Origin: Desulfocapsa sulfexigens DSM 10523 | Lineage (GTDB): Bacteria; Desulfobacterota; Desulfobulbia; Desulfobulbales; Desulfocapsaceae | DNA length: 32,000 bases | Reading direction: 5' to 3' | NCBI RefSeq assembly: GCF_000341395.1 | Contig: NC_020304.1 | Coordinates: 2,970,001 to 3,002,000, forward strand | Part shown: in pieces, positions 25,681 through 32,000 of the stretch | Numbering within the stretch: position 1 is the stretch's first letter | How the letters are laid out: every line of letters starts with the position of its first letter | Notes under the pieces: model-generated | Database searches by the model: none | Told to the model about the DNA's origin: nothing | What the model saw: only the letters and a program-made list of their open reading frames with translations | Position numbers and translations under genes: made by a program

Positions 25681-26703
25681 ATGAATATCCCAGATAAAAA
25701 AGTACAGTTAGTGCATCTGAACGGGCCGTTTAAAGGTGAAATTCAAGATTTCTTTGAATCGGTTATTGTTATTGGGAGACATCCTGATTGCCAGCTGGTC
25801 TTTCCGAGTGATTCCACAGCAATTTCACGGAAACATGCTGAAATTAGACGGGAGGGGAACCGCTTCAAGTTTCTGGATTACAGCGCAAATGGTACCCTGA
25901 TCAATGGTATAGAGCAAAAAGATGTTTTTTTAAAAGATGGTGATGTGCTGATTATTGGTGGAGAGGGAGGGCCAAAGGTCAGTTTTTTGAGTTCAAAAGT
26001 TACTCCCGAAGAAAAGGAGGCCATTGCTTCTTCTGGAGATATGAATAGACAGCAGGATCCAAGTGTATCGCTGTCACCGCCTGATAAGGTGCAGACACCT
26101 AAAATAGAAGAGTCGCCTGAAAATGTTCCGCTAGCTCAGTCTCTGCAGAAATCACCAGTGATAGAACCTTTGCCATCGTCATCGATGAAAGGTCCTCGAG
26201 ATTCTGCGCCGATTCCTACAGTTAATAAAAGCTTTATCATCCAGTATGGGGCAACCCTTACCTCCTTTAAGAAGTTACCAATCATCATCGGGAGTGGCAG
26301 TGATTGTGACTGTACATTGCAGCATCATGCTCTGCTTGACCACCATGCACAGATTTTCTTCCGGGACAATCAGTACTGGGTGAAAGACCTTACCGGCCGT
26401 GGAATGCTGACGGTCAATTTACGACCGGTTCAGTCTGAATCATCGCTTCAGCCAGATACCTGTCTGGCCCTCACACCTCAGGGGCCTAAGTTTCAATTTC
26501 TTGGCGAAGGCAGGCTAGCTGAAATTGAGACAACGGAAGAATCGGAAAAGAGACTGGAACCAGTGCAATCAGACAAGTACCAGCAACAGCAATCAAGAGG
26601 ATCCAGTGTCAAACCATCCGGAGGCGGCAAAAAGCTGTTCTGGATTCTGTTTACTCTGCTGCTTGTACTCGGGATTCCAATAGCAGTCTGGTATTTCCTG
26701 TAA
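25681..26703 (+). CDS. Tandem-FHA protein with C-terminal membrane anchor (Fha/TagH-like)
   Basis: FHA1 is canonical: 'IGRHPDC.LVF......ISRKHAEI.......F.D.SANGTLING'. FHA2 (aa ~184-275) is degenerate. C-terminal TM 'LFWILFTLLLVLGIPIAVWYFL'. It is divergent from the PP2C operon. Confidence 0.8.
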   Translation: MNIPDKKVQLVHLNGPFKGEIQDFFESVIVIGRHPDCQLVFPSDSTAISRKHAEIRREGNRFKFLDYSANGTLINGIEQKDVFLKDGDVLIIGGEGGPKVSFLSSKVTPEEKEAIASSGDMNRQQDPSVSLSPPDKVQTPKIEESPENVPLAQSLQKSPVIEPLPSSSMKGPRDSAPIPTVNKSFIIQYGATLTSFKKLPIIIGSGSDCDCTLQHHALLDHHAQIFFRDNQYWVKDLTGRGMLTVNLRPVQSESSLQPDTCLALTPQGPKFQFLGEGRLAEIETTEESEKRLEPVQSDKYQQQQSRGSSVKPSGGGKKLFWILFTLLLVLGIPIAVWYFL

Positions 26704-26793
26704 CTATCTTGTTTTTGAGATCTACTCAAAATGTACCGTGTAACAAATACAATATCTCCGTCAGTTCAAGAATAACTCAGCAAGGAGGCCTGC

Positions 26794-28362
26794 ATGGAAC
26801 AGATATCTATTCCAGATTTCCCTTTTTCCATTCTTGCACTTGCACCGTTTACTTCAGAAGTAAATCCTGGTGTGACCGTCAAACTTCTTGCAGTTGATCC
26901 TTTGGATATTGATCAGGCACTAACTGCGTTGATGCCATCTTTTTTTCTCTCTCTCCCAGTTGCAGAATGTCCTGCCGGTGGGCTTCATCTTCGATTCAGG
27001 AAAATGCGCGATTTCACCCCTGACGGTCTTTTGCAGAGTCAACCATATCTTGAGAATTTGCTTGCCGCTCATCGTTTCTGCCTTGAGGCTGAACAGCAAA
27101 AGAAGTCTACAGAGGTAATTATTGAAGGAGTTAAGAAGTGGCCTGATCTACCCCCGATCTCACTGACTCAGAAAAAAAAGGACGAGGAAGAAAAAAAGAG
27201 TTCCCTGGAGAGTATTTTATCCATGGTGGCTTTGCCGGAAGAAGACAGTTCAGTCAAGGGAGCCACTGCAGGAGGAACTGGATTTTATGGCGCACTGGCC
27301 CGTAAAATTCTAGACAGCATCTATACCGATCCAATATTTCGATCCCTTGAGTCCTGCTGGCAGGGTTTGCGATATCTCGGTCGCCATCTTGCTGAGGCTG
27401 GTGGTCGTTTGTCAATATTACCGATATCTCATAATAACATTGAAAAAGTCCTGGATGAACAAAGAGAAGAGATCATACTTGATCCTCCTTCTGTCATTCT
27501 TGTTGATCAGCCCTTAAGCAGTTCAGAGAGATCCGTGCAAATGATGACTCAGCTCGCTTCCTTTGGCCAGGAGATGCTTGTACCTGTGCTTACCTGGTTG
27601 GATGCTTCGTTTTTCCAGATTGAAAATTGGAAGAATCTTGATAGCCTTTCTTTTCTTCCCCACCACTTGGAAAAAGCATCCTTTGCCAGGTATAAAGGTT
27701 TGCAGAATTCCGATTTGAGTCGCTGGATAGGGTTGAGCTGCAATCGTTTTGGGACTCGTTTCCCCTATGGGCCTGAGAACCGATCACGCCTTCTTCCTTT
27801 CAGGGAAAAGGAGATGCTCTGGCTCTCTTCGGTATGGGGAGTTGCAGCTCTTATGGCTTCCCGCGTAAGGCAAACCGGATGGCCAACGGGTATGGCCTCA
27901 TCACGGCAGATCTGTCTGGAAGATTTGGCTCTTGCCCTGGAAGGTTCGGTTGAACAAAGTCCGCTTGAGGTACAATGGAGTGAAAGTCGGCTGGAACAGG
28001 TTTCCCGTTGCGGCATTATGGCGCTGGCCGGATGGAAGGGAAGGGATAGCGCTTTTCTTGCCGGTGATGTCATGGCCTCGACGGATAGTAGTTTGAGTTA
28101 TCAGACCTTGCTTTGCAGAGTGAGCCACTTTATCCTCTGGTGTCGGGACAATTGGCAGGAACCTTTGCTGGCAGATGAATTGGCTAGTCGATTGCACACT
28201 GCCTTTCAACTGTTTACCAAAAAACAGGGGGAGTATCCTGTTGGTGATTTTGGGGTGGAGTGTCACGATGATAAAGGGGCTATTCAGGTCTTGTTTCGAT
28301 GGATCCCTTCCAGGCACATTCTCCCCAGCGGACAGGAGATAGTGCTGGAGTTTGGCTGGTAA
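26794..28362 (+). CDS. Fused TssB(VipA)-like / TssC(VipB)-like T6SS contractile-sheath protein
   Basis: aa 5-100 track VipA: 'DFPFSILALAPFT' vs 'ELPLKVLMLGDFT', and 'LHLRFRKMRDFTPDGLL...L.NLL' vs 'VDLNFESMNDFSPESVV'. aa ~165-522 track VipB: 'FRSLESCWQGLRYL' vs 'FQAMESAWRGLKLF', 'RWIGLSCNRFGTRFPYGPEN' vs 'RYLGLTAPRFLLRVPYDPIEN', 'LWLSSVWGVAALMA', 'TGWP', 'E...SRCGIMAL....GRDSAFLAG', 'CRVSHFILWCRDNW'. A Lys/Glu-rich linker (KKKDEEEKK) joins the two parts. AAGGAGG RBS upstream. VipA/VipB comparisons are from memory. Confidence 0.65.
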   Translation: MEQISIPDFPFSILALAPFTSEVNPGVTVKLLAVDPLDIDQALTALMPSFFLSLPVAECPAGGLHLRFRKMRDFTPDGLLQSQPYLENLLAAHRFCLEAEQQKKSTEVIIEGVKKWPDLPPISLTQKKKDEEEKKSSLESILSMVALPEEDSSVKGATAGGTGFYGALARKILDSIYTDPIFRSLESCWQGLRYLGRHLAEAGGRLSILPISHNNIEKVLDEQREEIILDPPSVILVDQPLSSSERSVQMMTQLASFGQEMLVPVLTWLDASFFQIENWKNLDSLSFLPHHLEKASFARYKGLQNSDLSRWIGLSCNRFGTRFPYGPENRSRLLPFREKEMLWLSSVWGVAALMASRVRQTGWPTGMASSRQICLEDLALALEGSVEQSPLEVQWSESRLEQVSRCGIMALAGWKGRDSAFLAGDVMASTDSSLSYQTLLCRVSHFILWCRDNWQEPLLADELASRLHTAFQLFTKKQGEYPVGDFGVECHDDKGAIQVLFRWIPSRHILPSGQEIVLEFGW

Positions 28363-28407
28363 CCCGTTGTTCGGCTCCAGTTTTTTACCACTGAGAGTAA
28401 ATGAGAA

Positions 28408-29175
28408 TCAGCCGGCCGGGTTTCGCAACTGCTGTTGCAGAAGATCTGGCATATTGTCGATGGCATCCCTGCTGACAATTTCCTGGAAGGCAGGAATACC
28501 AGAGAGCTGGGTCACCTCGGTAATAAATTTATCAGGTGGCAGGAAGGTTGATAATGGTGTGCTGATCATAACTGCCGGAAGATTGCCAAGATCTGGTAAT
28601 TTGTAAATATCTACCTGATAGCGAAGATCTTCAAGCAAGGTCTTCAGATTTGGAAAATGTTCCAGTAGCAGAACTAGACTGAGGTGGCAGATTATGGCCT
28701 GGCGCATATCTTCAGTCTGACGAGCCTCCTTGCCACTCAGCATACCTCGCAGACGATCCAGGGGACATTCGCTCTGATAAGAAACGATGAAACGGGTAGG
28801 TGAGGTGATGGTAATGGCTTTTGCATCGCTACCATCAATGGTCAGTTCATACTGCAGCGGGGTGCATTCAAGAACATTGGAAATGGCTGGTAGCGGTGGC
28901 TGGAGTTTCCTGGGGAGTTGAAATGGTGATTCGCAGAGGGCACTGAAACTTTCCTGCAGTTCTGCAAATGCTTTGTCTGAACCATGGGTCTCCTGTTGAG
29001 AGGCACTTTTAATGTAGGTTCCGAGGAGTTTACGTGGAATGAAGAGCGGTCGCAGGGTGCTGAGATGGTCTCTCAGGCGTTGACCCAGAAAGGAGCTGAT
29101 CTTATCGGTTGCCTGTCGGAGTTCAAGGAATTCCTGGCTGTCCAGATCGGTGCGGGGAATGTTGAGTTCAGTCAT
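28408..29175 (-). CDS. Hypothetical protein (no recognisable domain), last gene of the vgrG operon
   Basis: Long uninterrupted frame with no TM or signal peptide. ATG at 29175 is preferred. The ORF-track start at 29217 is a TTG that overlaps the upstream gene. The composition looks coding and no competing ORF exists. Confidence 0.55.
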   Translation of the reverse strand: MTELNIPRTDLDSQEFLELRQATDKISSFLGQRLRDHLSTLRPLFIPRKLLGTYIKSASQQETHGSDKAFAELQESFSALCESPFQLPRKLQPPLPAISNVLECTPLQYELTIDGSDAKAITITSPTRFIVSYQSECPLDRLRGMLSGKEARQTEDMRQAIICHLSLVLLLEHFPNLKTLLEDLRYQVDIYKLPDLGNLPAVMISTPLSTFLPPDKFITEVTQLSGIPAFQEIVSRDAIDNMPDLLQQQLRNPAG

Positions 29176-29200
29176 AGTATTTTCTCTTTTGTGTTGTAGG

Positions 29201-29980
29201 CTATTGTAATGAAACAATAAATGCCTCGGTTTCCTCTTCAGAAGAGTAAGGGCAGAACATTATTTTTTTCGGTGACCCTGCAACCTTTAGATAATAGGAA
29301 CTGGACGAATCGATTTCATTTTGCACTCCCCAGGCCGTAAACTTTTGATCACCCATTGTTATTTCCAAGCCCTGCTGCGGGTAGTTGAGGACTGTCTTTT
29401 CAGGGAGTTGACCAGCTGGACCGACAGCGTGGAGTTTGATTTCACCATCGCTGACCCCAAAAATTGCACCCTTCCAGTTCCCTTTTAAGGGGCCCACTTC
29501 AAACCATTGACCGATGTTGGGGATGCCATAGACATCCATCCTGTACTCTGACTGGATCTTGTGCAGCGGCGTATGGACGATGGCTATCAGCTTGGCTGCG
29601 TAGGATTCGTTTGCAAGTGGTAAAATCTTTACATTGGCGAAGGGTGTAGGCAGGGTGTCTGGCTGTATAGTATCTTCTCCGATTTGGAGAATAACAATAG
29701 GAAAGTCCTGGCCCCGTTCTGCCTGCACTCCAAGAGCCAGCATTGCCAGTCCGTAACGGAAGCTTGGCTGCTGAAGACTTTCAGCTGAAGTTACTAGCAG
29801 CCACATGGAAACATTGTGATCGACCAATTGCTTACGGGGTGCTGCCCAGGCCATTTTGTCGAGGTCATCTGTAAAGAAGTGACCATCTGCAGCGAGGCCA
29901 TAGCTCTGCAGTTTGCCCATAACCGACTGAACCGTTTCCTGGGAACAGTTGAATGCACTGAGCCATATTTTTTTCTGCAT
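29201..29980 (-). CDS. Hypothetical protein; N-terminal flavodoxin/TIR-like alpha-beta segment (tentative) + beta-rich C-terminal domain
   Basis: ATG at 29980 sits 7 nt after the upstream stop, with AGGA overlapping that stop. The ORF-track start at 30052 is a TTG inside the upstream gene. 'KIWLSAF......V..V...L...GL...GHFF.DD......W......L.....MWLLVTS..S' loosely follows a TIR-like/DUF1863 pattern. I see no catalytic signature. Confidence 0.55.
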   Translation of the reverse strand: MQKKIWLSAFNCSQETVQSVMGKLQSYGLAADGHFFTDDLDKMAWAAPRKQLVDHNVSMWLLVTSAESLQQPSFRYGLAMLALGVQAERGQDFPIVILQIGEDTIQPDTLPTPFANVKILPLANESYAAKLIAIVHTPLHKIQSEYRMDVYGIPNIGQWFEVGPLKGNWKGAIFGVSDGEIKLHAVGPAGQLPEKTVLNYPQQGLEITMGDQKFTAWGVQNEIDSSSSYYLKVAGSPKKIMFCPYSSEEETEAFIVSLQ

Positions 29981-29987
29981 GGTATTC

Positions 29988-31454
29988 CTATTTTGCCGCA
30001 ATAATGAGCGGATTGTCAAAATCAAAGCCAAAGAGACCGGGGTTTTCTCCAATCACTGCCGCTGAAAAAATGTAGAACACATAGTCATAGGTTTGTTCGG
30101 GTATTTTATCACGATACTGTTTAAAAAACTGCCAGAAATTACGTTCTTTTGGATTATTCGGCATATCTCTCACAAGTTGAATAACGCGGTTTTCTCCCCA
30201 GTTGTACGAGGCCATTACCAATAGCCCGGAGGCCTGAGCATCGGTATCGTAAATTTTTCGCAGGTACTTTGCTGCGGCCACGGTTGATTTGGCAAAATTA
30301 TGCCGCTCGTCAAGGGGATCTACCTTTCGTTGCTTAAAAAGGGGACCTGTTTGCAGGCCATATCGAGAGCCGGTTTCAGGAATGAATTGCCACATACCTT
30401 TGGCAATACCCCAGCGGGTTTTAGGGCCCAGGGCATTTACGTTAAAATTACTTTCCTGCAGAGCCAGATAAAAGAACTGTGGTGGGAGAAAATAATAGCG
30501 CATGGTTCTGGCAATTGGAGAAGTGTAGCCATTGTTTTCTGCGCGTTCCAGGGCGTTAACAAGACGGCTGCTTGACTGCCACTTCTTGATGTAGCGTATG
30601 ACTTCACTGGTAAAGTCAGCAGGAACAAATATTTCACATTCACCAAAAATTCTCGCAGTTTTTAGAATTGCCTCTTCCTGGGGACTGATATTTTTATAGA
30701 TCCCGAGAGTGTCGACAAATTCGCTATAGCTGTTTTCCAACTCTCTTGCCTGCTGTTTATAATATTCTACCCTGGCAATGGTAGCAGTGTCATCACTGTC
30801 TCGTGCTGTTTGAAGAACATCTGCAAACTCTACTTCCAGTCCTTTCATGGTATAGAAGATTTCAGCAGCGAGTTTTTTTTGTTTCTCAACCTGCAGATGC
30901 ATGTAGATGGCAACTGAGCCAGCAATACAAAAAAGGCAGGTAACCAGGCCAATGATGATACCATACTTTCTTTTCTGTTTTTTCTGAACCTGGGCAAAGG
31001 CACGTCTAACCATTATGGTGTGCTCACCTGCGTCCCCGTCATCCTTATCACCGAAATAATGTTCCTGATAGTGGGACATGGATCGTGGAGTTCCAGGCTT
31101 TTTAGTTTCCTGGAAAGGCTGGTCAACCGACAGTGTAAGGAGTGGCCCGTTTCTTCCCAGTTCAATCCTGGTCAGTTTTTTAATGGCAATGCGATTAACC
31201 CGGTTACCGTCAACAAAAATACCATTGGCACTATTACAGTCTTGAATCCACCAGGTGTCTGCCAGAAAAATTACCTCGGCATGGTGGCGACTGACTACCG
31301 GATCGGTAATAGCTATATCACAGTCGGGATCACGACCGACACGAAAAGAGGAGGAAAATGCGCGTTCTGCAAACTGTCCGGCTGGCCATGTTGCTGAGAC
31401 TAAAACAGCTGGAGGTGACGAATTCTGCCCGTTATTTTCCAGCCTTTGAATCAT
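29988..31454 (-). CDS. FHA domain - TM helix - lytic transglycosylase (SLT family) protein
   Basis: FHA: 'FRVGRDPDCDIAI.D..VSRHHAEV.......IQD.NSANGIFVDG'. TM: 'YGIIIGLVTCLFCIAGSVAIYMHL'. SLT: 'LALQESNFN.NA.....GIAKGMWQFIPETG..YGL', 'D.LDERHNF.KST.AAAKYL', 'MASYNWGENRV', with the catalytic Glu in 'QES'. Confidence 0.8.
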   Translation of the reverse strand: MIQRLENNGQNSSPPAVLVSATWPAGQFAERAFSSSFRVGRDPDCDIAITDPVVSRHHAEVIFLADTWWIQDCNSANGIFVDGNRVNRIAIKKLTRIELGRNGPLLTLSVDQPFQETKKPGTPRSMSHYQEHYFGDKDDGDAGEHTIMVRRAFAQVQKKQKRKYGIIIGLVTCLFCIAGSVAIYMHLQVEKQKKLAAEIFYTMKGLEVEFADVLQTARDSDDTATIARVEYYKQQARELENSYSEFVDTLGIYKNISPQEEAILKTARIFGECEIFVPADFTSEVIRYIKKWQSSSRLVNALERAENNGYTSPIARTMRYYFLPPQFFYLALQESNFNVNALGPKTRWGIAKGMWQFIPETGSRYGLQTGPLFKQRKVDPLDERHNFAKSTVAAAKYLRKIYDTDAQASGLLVMASYNWGENRVIQLVRDMPNNPKERNFWQFFKQYRDKIPEQTYDYVFYIFSAAVIGENPGLFGFDFDNPLIIAAK

Positions 31455-31463
31455 ATCAATTGA

Positions 31464-31871
31464 TTAGGGTGCTAACAAAAGGACTTTGGTTTGGCTGGGT
31501 ACTATCCTCATACCAGGAACATTTGTACCATTCTGCAGAGTTGGACTTGTCAGCCGTGTCGCTGGTTTTCCCTGGAAAAGCACGGTAAACGATCCTGCTA
31601 GATGCCGTGAAGGCCCCATGACTCTGCCAGAGGCTACTCCCATGGAGACACCTGCATTGTCACCATTGGTCATGGGGGTGACCGTTCCCATGTTATGAGC
31701 TGGCATTCCCATGATAAGAATTTTCGTACATGCGGTACCAGGATTTGCTGTGGGTCCCATTGCAATATTCGGATAAGGAATAGGTACAGGCGCAGGTGCT
31801 GGTGGAGCAGGGGTTAAACAAACGTCAGGAAAAGCAAAATCCTGACCCATCATTTGTGAATTGGCAAACAT
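31464..31871 (-). CDS. Stand-alone PAAR-like (DUF4150-type) T6SS spike-tip protein
   Basis: 'FPDVCLTP.......PIPYPNIA', 'T..KILI.G.PA.N......MT.GD..G...GV.SG...G......GS..V...GKP..RL.......NG.N..G' is the DUF4150/PAAR-like pattern. GAGGAGG RBS upstream. It starts 12 nt after the upstream stop. Confidence 0.75.
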   Translation of the reverse strand: MFANSQMMGQDFAFPDVCLTPAPPAPAPVPIPYPNIAMGPTANPGTACTKILIMGMPAHNMGTVTPMTNGDNAGVSMGVASGRVMGPSRHLAGSFTVLFQGKPATRLTSPTLQNGTNVPGMRIVPSQTKVLLLAP

Positions 31872-31883
31872 TATTATCCTCCT

Positions 31884-32000
31884 CTAACCCATATGGATCA
31901 TTTTCCCATCAATCTTTATATTTTCTTTTGCAGTAACAACAGAATATTTGCCACGTAAGGACATCAGTCTTTCTGCATTGTAATCGATCTTACCAGCCTT
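31884..32000 (-). CDS. 3' end of a VgrG / phage-spike-like gene (partial, runs off the window)
   Basis: Hand translation of the minus strand gives ...KAGKIDYNAERLMSLRGKYSVVTAKENIKIDGKMIHMG*. The alternating beta-helix-like ending 'IKIDG..I..G' and the position directly upstream of a PAAR-like gene fit a VgrG C-terminus. Only 38 codons are visible. Confidence 0.4.
   Translation of the reverse strand, partial: KAGKIDYNAERLMSLRGKYSVVTAKENIKIDGKMIHMG

Noticed and set aside
25497-25697. 66-aa plus-strand ORF in the PP2C / FHA divergent intergenic region
   Set aside because: It has no Shine-Dalgarno and overlaps the start of the FHA gene in another frame. Nothing in the sequence is recognisable. 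This 340-bp region is more likely promoter/regulatory DNA. It could only be revived by Ribo-seq evidence.
27549-28478. Several minus-strand ORFs (64-138 aa) inside or abutting the TssBC-like gene
   Set aside because: They are shadow frames of a gene with colinear VipA/VipB similarity and have no RBS or motifs. The 64-aa ORF at 28284-28478 would also overlap the convergent hypothetical gene.
29176-30052. Longer N-terminal extensions of the two hypothetical genes (ORF-track starts 29217 and 30052)
   Set aside because: Both extended starts are TTG codons lying inside the preceding gene. In-frame ATGs at 29175 and 29980 give short intergenic gaps, and the 29980 ATG also has an AGGA RBS overlapping the upstream stop.
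1-32000. CRISPR arrays, tRNA/rRNA genes, IS elements, integrases, prophage or plasmid genes
   Set aside because: There are no regularly spaced direct repeats outside the MORN coding repeats. No cloverleaf-like or rRNA-like segments appear in the intergenic regions I read. No transposase or recombinase-like translation appears in any frame of the ORF track.

Overview
All calls come from reading the ORF translations and the intergenic DNA by eye. No searches were run.

This is a chromosomal bacterial window. I found no rRNA, tRNA, CRISPR array, transposase or integrase. It splits into three parts.

(1) 1-11.0 kb is a plus-strand housekeeping block: argJ, an orphan ParA-like ATPase, an MFS transporter, a small Cys-rich ORF, avtA, a 21-repeat MORN protein, DUF4177, and an M20 amidohydrolase / YbdK (GCS2) / leaderless GGT trio.

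(2) 11.0-16.4 kb is non-coding DNA followed by an iron locus. The 860-bp non-coding stretch holds stacked terminators and an apparently orphan cobalamin riboswitch. The riboswitch has its own near-consensus promoter, a Fur-box-like palindrome, a terminator and a 30-codon sORF. The iron locus on the minus strand is feoA, a 57-aa Cys-rich gene missing from the ORF track, and feoB. A plus-strand CDF transporter with a NifX-like tail separates these from a second feoA.

(3) 16.7-32.0 kb is the most interesting part, a phospho-threonine signalling island around an atypical T6SS-like module.
- An FHA-EAL protein.
- Three genes sharing a paralogous CsgG/LpoB-like periplasmic module.
- A translationally coupled PP2C / secreted S1 protease / Hanks kinase(PEGA) / Cys-less-redoxin-TPR / lipoprotein operon.
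- A tandem-FHA membrane protein next to a single ORF that reads as a fused TssB-TssC (VipA-VipB) sheath.
- A convergent operon: VgrG-like C-terminus, stand-alone PAAR-like (DUF4150-type), FHA-TM-lytic transglycosylase, and two unrecognisable proteins.

No Hcp, baseplate, membrane-complex or ClpV genes are visible in the window.
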